Assembly: GCA_964454475.1 (NCBI GenBank)
Contig: CAYVTJ010000001.1
Span: 1-26,487 of the forward strand
From: Candidatus Micrarchaeota archaeon
Lineage (GTDB): Archaea > Micrarchaeota > Micrarchaeia > Anstonellales > Bilamarchaeaceae
Direction: 5' to 3'
DNA length: 26,487 nt
The position numbers and the translations under genes were made by a program. Numbering within the stretch: the stretch's first letter is position 1; every line of letters begins with the position of its first letter. Under the pieces are notes generated by a model, which did not search any database, was not told where the DNA came from, and saw nothing but the letters and a program-made list of their open reading frames with translations. Below, one piece after another: positions 16,187-25,215 of this stretch.

Positions 16187-17110
16187 ATGGAAGAAGCAAT
16201 AAGACACATAACAGGAGAGGAAATAGGCGGTGTTCTTAGGGTGCAGAGCGCTGTTCTGAGGTCATTGCATGAATATATGCATGACAATGGAATGGTCCAG
16301 CTAATGCCGGTTATACTGTCCCCATTCACAGACCCATTGAACCACCCAGTACACCATAGTTCTATTGAATATGATGGTCAGAAACTCGAGCTTACAAGGA
16401 GCATGATTCTTCACAAACAGCTTTCTCTCATGAGAGGAGACCTTGACGGGATATTCATAGTATCACCAAATATCAGACTTGAGCGGAAGGAGAGTGCATC
16501 ATCAGGAAGGCATCTGTTTGAGTTCAGTCAGGTGGATATTGAGTTGAGAAAAGCAGATCATAGGAGATTCATGTCTTTCCTTGAGGGCCTGTATAGGCAT
16601 ATCTTCTCGTTTGTGGCAGGCGATTGCCGCGATTATCTGGTCCAGATCGGCCGTCTTGATGCACTCATGCTTCCCGAGGGGCCTTTCAAGATTTATCAAA
16701 GCCTTGACCTAATGACAAGATTCGGTCCTGATTGGGAGCATGAAATCTCTATGAAGGAAAAGCATCCTTTCTGGGTTATGGATCACCAAAGGGAATTCTA
16801 TGATCGCAGGGATCCAGAAAGCGGAAGGCATATCAATTACGATCTCATATATCCCGAAGGCTTTGGCGAGGCACTCTCAGGCGGAGAGAGGGAAACGGAT
16901 CATTCCACTATCTTGAAGAAGATGGAAGACAGGGGCACAGATCCCGAAAGCTACAGGACCTATCTGAAGATCGCTAAACGCGGCTATCTTGTACCTTCGG
17001 CAGGTGGCGGCTTTGGTTTTGAGCGATTGATCAGATTCATCTGCGGGGCGGACTCCATAAGGGATGTTTCTCTCTTTCCAAGGGTGCCTGGAGAGCAGAT
17101 AGCTCTCTGA
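16187..17110 (+). CDS. asnA: Archaeal asparagine synthetase A (AspRS/AsnRS catalytic-domain paralog lacking the anticodon domain)
   Basis: PVILSPFTDPL, LTRSMILHKQ, motif 2 SPNIRLE...RHLFEFSQVDIE, EALSGGERE and motif 3 PSAGGGFGFERL. At 307 aa it has no N-terminal OB-fold. Confidence 0.92.
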   Translation: MEEAIRHITGEEIGGVLRVQSAVLRSLHEYMHDNGMVQLMPVILSPFTDPLNHPVHHSSIEYDGQKLELTRSMILHKQLSLMRGDLDGIFIVSPNIRLERKESASSGRHLFEFSQVDIELRKADHRRFMSFLEGLYRHIFSFVAGDCRDYLVQIGRLDALMLPEGPFKIYQSLDLMTRFGPDWEHEISMKEKHPFWVMDHQREFYDRRDPESGRHINYDLIYPEGFGEALSGGERETDHSTILKKMEDRGTDPESYRTYLKIAKRGYLVPSAGGGFGFERLIRFICGADSIRDVSLFPRVPGEQIAL

Positions 17111-17201
17111 TTTTTTTGGTTGGGTGTGGTTCTTTTTTGTTGGTACCGGGTTCTTTTGGTCCACGCAAAGCAGGGTTCCCAACCCGGTCCGCTTCTTTTT
17201 T
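17111..17201 (+). terminator. Probable asnA terminator region (T-tracts flanking a stem-loop)
   Basis: A T7 run follows the stop directly, with further T-tracts. The stem ACCGGGTT (17145-17152) / AACCCGGT (17181-17188) is followed by CTTCTTTTTT. Confidence 0.5.
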
Positions 17202-17424
17202 ATCCAATTACAAAGTCCTTCATTGCAAGAGCCCCCTCATGTCCAGAGCCCCCTGGATGCCTGCAGTTCCATCCCGTCACTAAGCTGTTCTTCGGTTTCC
17301 AGGGCGACTGCATGATAAGCCACTAATTCGATCTTAACCACAGCAACCCCTGAAAAATCATGCCAAAGAAAGGAGCATTTAAATAAGATTCTGCTCTTTT
17401 AAATTCGCTTTTTGGTGCATTTTC

Positions 17425-19416
17425 ATGAAAAAATTCAATACTACAGCAGACATCACGGTTCCTGAGAAGCTTATCGATCAGATAATAGGTCAGGACAAAG
17501 CAGTTGATATCATAAGGAAGGCCGCCAGACAGAAACGGAATGTTCTTCTTATCGGGCCTCCTGGCACAGGAAAAAGCATGCTTGCTCAGGCGATGGCAGA
17601 ACTGATGCCTCCTGAAGAACTTCAGGATGTGCTCATTTATCCCAACCCTGGAAATGAGAACCAACCGAAAAGTGCTGTTATTAAGACATATCCGGATCAC
17701 AAGTTTTTGAAGAAGAATCCCCAATATAAGAAATTCTACTCCGAAAAAGAGATGGTCCGAATAAAGAGATTCTCCGAAGGTGAACGTAGGAAAAAGCTGC
17801 CCCGGATGCTGGACATGGGGCTTGGAAGACGCATCACCAGAACAAAGAAAATAGAGGAAGAGGGCGGCATATCTCCTGTTTTCATATTGTTTGTCCTTGC
17901 CGCCATAGTCCTGGCGGTAATTTTCCTCTCAGATTTTGACAAGGACATTAAGACACTGATTGTGATTGCAGCCCTTGGTCTGGGCTTCCTTTATCTTGTT
18001 GCCAATGCGACAAGCGGCATTGGCAAGAAGATGGCACCTGCGAAAGAGCCGGCTTCGCCAAAGATGGTCGTGGACAACAGCGGGAAGACCACAGCCCCCT
18101 TCATCGATGCTACCGGTTCAAAAGCAGGCTCCCTGCTTGGTGATGTTAAACATGACCCTCTTCAGAGCGGAGGTCTTGGGACTCCGGCACATCTTAGGGT
18201 CGAGTCAGGAGCCGTCCATCAGGCGAATAAAGGCGTTCTTTTCATAGATGAGATTGCCTCTCTTAAGGCCAATTGGCAGCAAGAGCTCCTTACCGCAATG
18301 CAGGAGAAGAAGTATCCTATAACCGGCCAGAGTGAGATGAGCTCGGGTGCTCTTGTTAAGACCGAACCCGTTCCCACGGACTTCGTGCTTGTAGCCGCCG
18401 GCAATCTTCCTGATATGCAACAGATTCATCCTGCCCTCAGATCCCGGATTCGGGGTGGCGGTTATGAGATTTATGTTGAGGATTCGATGGATGATACTCC
18501 TGAGAATGAAGATAAGCTCATCCGTTTTGTTGCCCAGGAAGTGAACAAAGACAAGAAGATACCTAACTTTTCCAGGAATGCCGTGATCCAACTCATAGAG
18601 GAAGCCAGGAAGATGTCCGGAAGAAGGAAGAGGTTCGGTCTGAATCTCCGTGAGTTGGGCGGTCTCATCAGAGCCGCCGGTGACATTGCCAAAGAGAATG
18701 AACTTGATCTTGTCGGGAAAAAAGAGGTCCTGGAGGCTAAAAAGATTTTCAAATCGATCGAAAGCCAGCTTGGTTCAAAGATGATTGAACGCAAAAGAGA
18801 GTATCAAACCATTAAAGTGGAAGGCGATGCCATAGGTCGGGTCAATGGTCTTGCCGTTCTGGGGGATTCGAGTGCAGGCCTTGTGCTCCCAATAGTCGCA
18901 GAGGCGACACCATCAGCCTCCACGAGGGAAGGCCGTGTTATAGCGACAGGAAAACTGGGTCAGATCGCAAAAGAAGCGGTCGAGAATGTTTCTGCGGTGA
19001 TCAAAAAATATATAGGAACGGATATTTCCAAGATGGATCTCCATATTCAGTTCCTTCAGACCTATGAAGGCCTGGAAGGGGACAGTGCTTCCATATCCAC
19101 CGCTCTTGCAGTGATTTCGGCTATTGCTGGTGTTCCTGTCAGGCAGGATATTGCGATGACAGGATCTCTTGATGTCCGCGGAACAGTTATGCCTGTTGGT
19201 GGGGTTACCGCAAAGATTGAGGCCGCAAAGGACGCCGGCATAAAGAAAGTGCTCATCCCAAAGGCCAATTCACAGGATGTCTATCTTGGCAAAGGCAAGA
19301 AGGATATAGATGTGGTTGAGGTTGAAAATATCGCAGAGGTTCTTGATCATGCAGTTTCCGACTGCAAAGGAAAACGATCGCTCCTTGCCAAAATGAGGGA
19401 ATTGACCGAGAACTGA
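17425..19416 (+). CDS. lonB: ATP-dependent protease LonB (archaeal membrane-bound Lon)
   Basis: [10 protein letters not shown], Walker A GPPGTGKS, two TM helices inserted in the AAA domain, [11 protein letters not shown], Walker [15 protein letters not shown], and catalytic EGDSAS with Lys 43 residues later (GGVTAK). Confidence 0.96.
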   Translation: MKKFNTTADITVPEKLIDQIIGQDKAVDIIRKAARQKRNVLLIGPPGTGKSMLAQAMAELMPPEELQDVLIYPNPGNENQPKSAVIKTYPDHKFLKKNPQYKKFYSEKEMVRIKRFSEGERRKKLPRMLDMGLGRRITRTKKIEEEGGISPVFILFVLAAIVLAVIFLSDFDKDIKTLIVIAALGLGFLYLVANATSGIGKKMAPAKEPASPKMVVDNSGKTTAPFIDATGSKAGSLLGDVKHDPLQSGGLGTPAHLRVESGAVHQANKGVLFIDEIASLKANWQQELLTAMQEKKYPITGQSEMSSGALVKTEPVPTDFVLVAAGNLPDMQQIHPALRSRIRGGGYEIYVEDSMDDTPENEDKLIRFVAQEVNKDKKIPNFSRNAVIQLIEEARKMSGRRKRFGLNLRELGGLIRAAGDIAKENELDLVGKKEVLEAKKIFKSIESQLGSKMIERKREYQTIKVEGDAIGRVNGLAVLGDSSAGLVLPIVAEATPSASTREGRVIATGKLGQIAKEAVENVSAVIKKYIGTDISKMDLHIQFLQTYEGLEGDSASISTALAVISAIAGVPVRQDIAMTGSLDVRGTVMPVGGVTAKIEAAKDAGIKKVLIPKANSQDVYLGKGKKDIDVVEVENIAEVLDHAVSDCKGKRSLLAKMRELTEN

Positions 19417-19492
19417 ATCGAAACTCTCAATTTACTTATTGGGATACAGCTTATAGAAGTATCCAGAGAGGGTGCGCATTCATCCCAGACAC

Positions 19493-20734
19493 CTACACGC
19501 CAGTCCTCAGGATCACATTCTCTTCAATGGAAGTAACCGATGAAGCGGGCAGGGTATATCTCTTGTTGAACATCGTCTGAATCACAAGCTTCCCTCTTCT
19601 TCCATCAACACCTACAATCTTCCCGAGATAGGTTCCATGTTCGCTTATCGCTTCCTTGCCTTCCAGTTTCATCTTCACCAGCATATCCGTTCTGATCCCA
19701 TTGATTATCTTTGTGCTTATGTATGCAAGAGTTATAGCCAAGATCAAGGTGAGCAGGAAATCCTGGAAATACACATATGGCTCATACAGATTGAGGACCC
19801 AATCGCTTCCAACCTTAAGCACCAGGACTGCAAGTGTTAGACCGATCATGTAAAGCGCATATTTCGTTATCTGGTATTTCCTTTTCTCTCCAAGAGCATC
19901 CATGGCCTTTCCTGTCAAGAGCAGAACAAATCCGACAAGCAATATCATCACCACGCTTCGTATGACGTATGCCAGAAGTTTTTCACCCCCAAGATCCAAG
20001 CCAAGGGCTTCATGGTATGACTGCGAGGCTATGAGTATGCCTATGATGAAAAGGGCAAATCCCGCGATATAACTAACCCAGCTCGTCTTTTCCACAGAGA
20101 ATCTGACATCTTTCGCAAACCTATCGATGTGTTCATCAATACCCAGCAATCTTGTGAATAAATACAGTCCTATTATCATCCCGATGGGTTCCCAACCGAA
20201 CCCGAAATGGCTGGAAGCAGAAAGCAGAAGGATGAGAAGAGCGGGAATGCCGAAGATGGTCTTTGCATAATATGGATCCTTCAGCTTTTCGATCAGTACG
20301 AAGTATGTCTTCTCGAGCTCTTTGGCTTGTTTTATGAAAATTATTTTGGTAGAATCGATTTTCAGCCTGGATTTGATGATTGGAACTATTTCTTCATCGG
20401 ATGCACCATCAGAGACCATCACGCAAGAAGAAGGATTCAGCTCCCTTACAATTTTATCGAGCTGTCTGCTGATTTCCTTATCCGCTTTGAATCCAAGCTT
20501 CTTGTCCCCTGTGAGTGTGACTACTTCTGCCTCGTGCCCCTCCTTTTTCATCTTCTCGAAAGTCTTGATAGCATAGAATACGGCATTGGAATCTGGATCT
20601 TCAGGATCAGCGAGGGCTAGTTTCAATGCAGCATCAAGATTGTTTTTCCTTCCGATGAGCGGACCACTGACTCCTGCCTTTTCATACAGATCGTTGTCCC
20701 TGTCGATGCATAGCACTAGTATGGGCCTCTCCAT
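19493..20734 (-). CDS. DUF373-family membrane protein with C-terminal PRC-barrel-like domain
   Basis: N-terminal LVLCIDRDNDL, ADPEDPD, VSDGASDE and FIKQAKELEKTYF, then several TM helices. C-terminal LEGKEAISEHGTYLGKIVGV resembles a PRC barrel. Confidence 0.85.
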   Translation of the reverse strand: MERPILVLCIDRDNDLYEKAGVSGPLIGRKNNLDAALKLALADPEDPDSNAVFYAIKTFEKMKKEGHEAEVVTLTGDKKLGFKADKEISRQLDKIVRELNPSSCVMVSDGASDEEIVPIIKSRLKIDSTKIIFIKQAKELEKTYFVLIEKLKDPYYAKTIFGIPALLILLLSASSHFGFGWEPIGMIIGLYLFTRLLGIDEHIDRFAKDVRFSVEKTSWVSYIAGFALFIIGILIASQSYHEALGLDLGGEKLLAYVIRSVVMILLVGFVLLLTGKAMDALGEKRKYQITKYALYMIGLTLAVLVLKVGSDWVLNLYEPYVYFQDFLLTLILAITLAYISTKIINGIRTDMLVKMKLEGKEAISEHGTYLGKIVGVDGRRGKLVIQTMFNKRYTLPASSVTSIEENVILRTGV

Positions 20735-20840
20735 TCGTCATGACCAATAAATATCTCGCTCCACTCCTTTTTAAAATCTTCGCAGACTAGAAACTTAGCA
20801 TAACCACTTAGGTTTCCAAAAGTTGGAGAGGTAAAAACAT

Positions 20841-21467
20841 ATGGAAGAAAAAAGGCTTGTTTTTCCAGGTGATCATCTTTTTAGCTGTGAAGAGTTCGAA
20901 CCTGGTCAGAATACATTCACCAAGGATGATGAGAGTTATTCAGCTGCATTCGGAAAGGTCGACACTTCAGAGGGCATGGTCAATATAGTGCGCAAGAACG
21001 AGAGCGTCAGATCGCCAAAAGAAGGCATGGTTCTCTATTGCCTTGTCAGGAGGGCGGACCCTCATAAGGCCAGACTGGAGTGCATGATGGAAAGCGAGGT
21101 CGAAGAGAAATGCCGGTGCCCACAGATAGATGCGGTTCTTCCAGTAGCCAATATCAGCAGATCTCATGTAAACTCCATCAGGGATGCCCTCCGCGTGGGT
21201 GATGTCCTCAAGGCCAGGATATTTAAGATAAAGGACGGAGGGGAGGTCGAGCTGAGCCTTGTCGGGAAAGATTTTGGTGTTATAAAAGCTTTTTGTACCC
21301 GTTGTAGACATAGGATGGGATTGAGAGGAGATGCCTTTGTCTGCCCTCATTGCAGATGGAAAGAAAAAAAGAAGATTCCAGGTAGCAATGATCCCTTTTC
21401 AAGAAGGAGCCAGGAAAGGCCAGGCAGGTCATACGGAAGAAAAGACCACAGAGGAGACCGGAGGTAG
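20841..21467 (+). CDS. csl4: Exosome RNA-binding subunit Csl4
   Basis: LVFPGDHL N-terminal domain, S1 domain (LRVGDVLKARI), DFGVIKAFC and the Zn ribbon CTRC...CPHC...EKKK. R/G-rich C-terminal tail. Confidence 0.9.
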   Translation: MEEKRLVFPGDHLFSCEEFEPGQNTFTKDDESYSAAFGKVDTSEGMVNIVRKNESVRSPKEGMVLYCLVRRADPHKARLECMMESEVEEKCRCPQIDAVLPVANISRSHVNSIRDALRVGDVLKARIFKIKDGGEVELSLVGKDFGVIKAFCTRCRHRMGLRGDAFVCPHCRWKEKKKIPGSNDPFSRRSQERPGRSYGRKDHRGDRR

Positions 21468-21472
21468 TTCTT

Positions 21473-21748
21473 ATGGATATTAAGATAACAAAACAGGAAA
21501 AAAATCTTTTAGAGGTGGACTTCGGGGGTGTAGACCAGTCTATCCCTCATCTTTTGGTTTCAAGACTTAATAAAGATGAAGACACAGAGTTTGCAGCATA
21601 TAAACTGGAACATCCTGTCATGAGCAGTCCTAAACTCATTCTAAGAACGAAGGAAGGGGATGCACTGAAGCTTTTCACTGATACGCTGGAAGGCATTAAA
21701 AAAGATGTCGAGGATTTCAAGAAGAAATTCGTTGAAGTAAGCAAGTAG
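21473..21748 (+). CDS. rpoL: DNA-directed RNA polymerase subunit L (Rpo11)
   Basis: FAAYKLEHP motif, 91-aa length, and the conserved position directly after csl4. Confidence 0.9.
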   Translation: MDIKITKQEKNLLEVDFGGVDQSIPHLLVSRLNKDEDTEFAAYKLEHPVMSSPKLILRTKEGDALKLFTDTLEGIKKDVEDFKKKFVEVSK

Positions 21749-21756
21749 GTCTTCAG

Positions 21757-22755
21757 ATGGTTGACTGGAAAAAGATGATCTCAAAGCCCAGAACAGAAGT
21801 TGTATTGCTTTTTGTTACTCTTTTTCTATTTATAATAACAGATCGTTTCTTGCCGGTTGACAGCGAATGGGGGGCGCTCCGGCTTCTTTTTGCAGGTCTT
21901 GTAATAATCGAGATGCTGTGCATAGTCGGCATGGAAGTGAGTCAGAATACCAAGAAGCATGGTTGGAAAAGCGAGGTGGTTGATACGATAGTCGCACTGC
22001 TCATCGCCCTCGGTATATGGTTTGGTGCCATCTTCGTGCTCAATACAAGCTCTCCGGTTTCTGGTGTGGTGTCCTGCAGTATGCTCCCTAATCTTCATAG
22101 AGGGGATTTTGTCATTGTGCAGGGTGTTGAACCTGAAGCCTACCATATTTCCATGAGCGATAAGGAATTCGATAGCTTCAGCAACGATTTCTCAAAGATC
22201 TATCATGGAGAGGATGAATATGAGATTGAAGGTTCATTGTATGCCTTCTGCCTTTCCCATTATGATGAGATCTGCAGGGATTTCCGTTCCAATCCTTCCG
22301 AATTCAGGGAAATGAAAGGCCCTCTCATCTATCATTATGATATGTGCGTTGTCAATAATCAGGATGGAACGGATGAGGATGCTCCCTGTGTGGTCAGTGT
22401 TGAGTATGATGGGTTAAACTATCTTACGAATTTCTCCCATGATATAATAGTCTATGAGCCGTCCGAAGAGGATGTATACCGGCGAGTCGGGGACATTGTC
22501 CACAGGGTTTTTTTCATCATCGATGTCAATGGCAAGGATTATTACATAACAAGAGGGGATAACAATCCTGTTCTGGACATGCAGGTTTATGATTATTATT
22601 CCATGACAGGGAATTATCCTGTTCCTGATGAGAATTACAAAGGGAAAGTCATATTACGAATCCCGATACTTGGATATTTCAAACTGCTCATATCCGGTTT
22701 CTGGCAAGAGGACCAACAGTGCAAATGGCAGATGGATTATCCTTCAGTCGGTTGA
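21757..22755 (+). CDS. Signal peptidase I, S26 family (Ser/His, Sec11-like), with extra TM helices and a large insertion
   Basis: VVSCSMLPNLHRGDFVIV (box B, catalytic Ser), GDIVHRV (His), YITRGDNN (box E) and GKVILRIPILGYFKL. Confidence 0.85.
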   Translation: MVDWKKMISKPRTEVVLLFVTLFLFIITDRFLPVDSEWGALRLLFAGLVIIEMLCIVGMEVSQNTKKHGWKSEVVDTIVALLIALGIWFGAIFVLNTSSPVSGVVSCSMLPNLHRGDFVIVQGVEPEAYHISMSDKEFDSFSNDFSKIYHGEDEYEIEGSLYAFCLSHYDEICRDFRSNPSEFREMKGPLIYHYDMCVVNNQDGTDEDAPCVVSVEYDGLNYLTNFSHDIIVYEPSEEDVYRRVGDIVHRVFFIIDVNGKDYYITRGDNNPVLDMQVYDYYSMTGNYPVPDENYKGKVILRIPILGYFKLLISGFWQEDQQCKWQMDYPSVG

Positions 22756-22767
22756 TTGCCTGATATA

Positions 22768-23322
22768 CTATCTTTCCTTTTCCAGCTTCATGAAAATCTG
22801 ATCAAGATACCTGTTTCCGAATTTTGCCCATTTTCTGAAAACCGCAAATTCCCTGAAGCCAAGCTTTTTGTAGAGTGATATTGCACTCTTGTTTGGAGAG
22901 TATGCATAAAGGTAGATGTTTTTAGGTCGAAACCTTTTCCTGGTCTGCCTTATGTTCAGGTTCAAAATCCCCCTTCCAAGTCCAATTCCTCTATACCTCT
23001 TTGCAACAAGTATTCCAAGCTGTATGTTGCCCCTGGATCTTCCAGAATCCCTTGTTGCCCCTGTGGTTGCCGCTATTCTGCCATCCACTCTTGCAACAAG
23101 AACAAATCCATTGCCAGCCTCCATCTTTTCCAATTCATTCTTCTTCCATTCTTTCTCATCTTCCAGCGTAAATTCCATATCATAGCTGATAAATGTTTTC
23201 TCCCTAATTGCACTGTTGATATGTTCAAGCAACTCTTCAGTACCGTCCTCGTCTGAGAGAAATCCCACTTCTGCAATCAAACCGTTCTTCAATAATATTC
23301 TCTCAATTGCCTGATCAGCCAT
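22768..23322 (-). CDS. GNAT-family N-acetyltransferase
   Basis: LGILVAKRYRGIGLGR (acetyl-CoA motif A) and NKSAISLYKKLGF (motif B). Confidence 0.9.
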   Translation of the reverse strand: MADQAIERILLKNGLIAEVGFLSDEDGTEELLEHINSAIREKTFISYDMEFTLEDEKEWKKNELEKMEAGNGFVLVARVDGRIAATTGATRDSGRSRGNIQLGILVAKRYRGIGLGRGILNLNIRQTRKRFRPKNIYLYAYSPNKSAISLYKKLGFREFAVFRKWAKFGNRYLDQIFMKLEKER

Positions 23323-24103
23323 AATGACGTCCGCCCATGCCCTTTGTTATGACTTCACGCAGCATGACACGCAATTCTTTTTTCTTCTCTCTATCAAGAT
23401 CAAGCATGTCCATCTTCTCATCCCATCTTTGGAGGGAAGCGACTATTCTCCTGAACAGTTTGTCATTATCAGTATATCTTGAGTAGTCGACAAGAGATAT
23501 CATCGCATAAGGAGCATCCGATTCACCCAGTGCATCGATTATGGCATTTTTCAGGCTATGGCCGGCTTCGTTTTCCATAGCAGTCAGGAAGGTGTAATGG
23601 TGCGTGAGCACCTTGGCGGGATTGTCGCCAGGACCTAACCGGCCCAGGAGCTGGATGACTTCCATTAAACCTTCGAGCGATGTATGGTAATTGAAGATCG
23701 AACGATAAACCTGCATCCTCAATTTGGGGGATTCGCTTTCAGGGTGTTTCGCATTGAAATATTCGTATGATTTCATTATCTTTATCTTCGAACTCTCTGC
23801 CAGGGTCTCATGTATCATGTAGAGGATCAGTTGCCTGATGTTTTCATCTCCCTCTTTGTAGAGTATCTTCATATTTTCCACAGCCTCGCGCTTGTCCCGC
23901 GATTTCACAGCTACCGGGAAGAACTTAATCTTGAATAATGCATTTTCGATCTCTTTGATTTTCTTTTTCATCTCCGGATCATTCTCTGCTGTTATCTTCT
24001 TCTCGGTCTCTGCCGTTTTTTCTTCAGCTTTTGATCCGGCTTTTTGTTTTTTCTTGGGTTTTTCCTTCTTCTCCATCTCTTGCTTCTTCTTTTTTCCTGC
24101 CAA
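23315..24103 (-). CDS. Hypothetical alpha-helical (HEAT-like) protein with a Lys/Glu-rich N-terminal tail
   Basis: 262-aa ORF. The TTG start is supported by GGTGAG 5 nt upstream on the minus strand. The N-terminus is MAGKKKKQEMEKKEKPKKKQK. It overlaps the GNAT start by 8 nt. Confidence 0.72.
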   Translation of the reverse strand: MAGKKKKQEMEKKEKPKKKQKAGSKAEEKTAETEKKITAENDPEMKKKIKEIENALFKIKFFPVAVKSRDKREAVENMKILYKEGDENIRQLILYMIHETLAESSKIKIMKSYEYFNAKHPESESPKLRMQVYRSIFNYHTSLEGLMEVIQLLGRLGPGDNPAKVLTHHYTFLTAMENEAGHSLKNAIIDALGESDAPYAMISLVDYSRYTDNDKLFRRIVASLQRWDEKMDMLDLDREKKKELRVMLREVITKGMGGRHYG

Positions 24104-24184
24104 AAGAACTCACCTGGTGCTAATTCGCATCCTTGTTTTTTAACATATCGATAATTATTTAGGCTTGCCAGGTAATTATCATCC

Positions 24185-24739
24185 ATGGAGATTCTTTTTG
24201 CGACGGGAAACGAGGACAAGTTCAATGAAGCGACAGAGGTCCTGAACACTATGAATATCAGAATCTCCAGAGTGGATTTCGAATATATGGAGATACGATC
24301 CGAGGATATAAATGAGATCTCTGCGGATGCTGCCCTTGAGGCATATCGAAGGGTGAAGCAACCTGTCTTTGTAGAGGATGCAGGTTTTTTTCTTAAGGCA
24401 TTTAACGGTTTTCCAGGCTCATATTCCAAATGGGCATTCTCCAAAATAGGGAGCGGAGGCATACTTCGGCTTTTGGGCAATTCCCTGGATAGGGGGGCCG
24501 TCTTCAAGAGCTCGATCGCATTCGCTGACGGTCTTGGCGTCCGCATATTCGAAGGTGTGTGCTCCGGAAGGATAGCCCCATCTGAAAGAGGCGAAAGTGG
24601 GTTCGGTTATGATCCGATTTTTATTCCCGAAGGGCATTCCCAGACGTTCGCCGAAAGCATAGGATTAAAAAATAAGCTCTCACATAGATATAATTCTCTT
24701 CTAAAATTCTCAAATTATCTGAGAGAAACACATAGGTGA
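24185..24739 (+). CDS. rdgB: Non-canonical purine NTP pyrophosphatase (RdgB/HAM1, ITPase)
   Basis: FATGNEDK, VEDAGF, GFPGSYSK, GFGYDPIF and KNKLSHR. Confidence 0.95.
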   Translation: MEILFATGNEDKFNEATEVLNTMNIRISRVDFEYMEIRSEDINEISADAALEAYRRVKQPVFVEDAGFFLKAFNGFPGSYSKWAFSKIGSGGILRLLGNSLDRGAVFKSSIAFADGLGVRIFEGVCSGRIAPSERGESGFGYDPIFIPEGHSQTFAESIGLKNKLSHRYNSLLKFSNYLRETHR

Positions 24740-24745
24740 ATATTC

Positions 24746-25204
24746 GTGGCTAGATTGCATTCAAGGAAGAAAGGAAAGTCTGGAACCAAAAGGCCGAGGA
24801 GTCCAGCTTCTCCCGAATGGTTCGATGTAGATGAAAATGAGATCAAGGAAATGATCACCAGGATGGCAAAAGAAGGAATTCCTCCGTCTAAGATAGCTTT
24901 GACATTGAGGGATCAGTATGCGATACCTGATGTCAGGTATGTGCTTGGCATGTCAATAACAGCTTTCCTGAAGCAAGAGAACGTGATGCCCCAGTATCCT
25001 GAGGATTTGATGAATCTGATAAGAAAAGCGGTTAGGATGAGAAATCATCTGAAGAGCATCGGTAAAAGGGATTTGCATAATAAGGTCAAGCTCGGACATG
25101 TTGAATCAAAGATAAACAGGCTTGTCAAGTATTATCACAGTAACGGTGCATTGCCAAAGGACTGGAAATATAATCCAGACACAGCGGCACTTTTGGTGAA
25201 ATGA
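24746..25204 (+). CDS. rps15: 30S ribosomal protein uS15 (archaeal S15/S13e)
   Basis: MARLHSRKKGKSG, IALTLRDQYAIP, PEDLMNLIRKA, ESKINRLVKYY and LPKDWKY. GTG start. Confidence 0.97.
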   Translation: MARLHSRKKGKSGTKRPRSPASPEWFDVDENEIKEMITRMAKEGIPPSKIALTLRDQYAIPDVRYVLGMSITAFLKQENVMPQYPEDLMNLIRKAVRMRNHLKSIGKRDLHNKVKLGHVESKINRLVKYYHSNGALPKDWKYNPDTAALLVK

Positions 25205-25215
25205 TATAAAGGGTA

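Noticed and set aside
16877-17182. 101-aa minus-strand ORF as a stand-alone gene
   Set aside because: Mostly antisense to asnA, with a TTG start inside a hairpin and no recognisable motif.
17111-17360. RNase P RNA, SRP RNA or a known riboswitch
   Set aside because: The RNase P GAGGAAAGUCC and P4 signatures, the SRP helix-8 motif, and the fluoride, SAM and c-di-GMP consensus elements could not be matched on either strand.
24112-24172. ACCTGG/CCAGGT inverted repeat in the divergent promoter before rdgB
   Set aside because: Six base pairs separated by about 50 nt is not distinguishable from chance.
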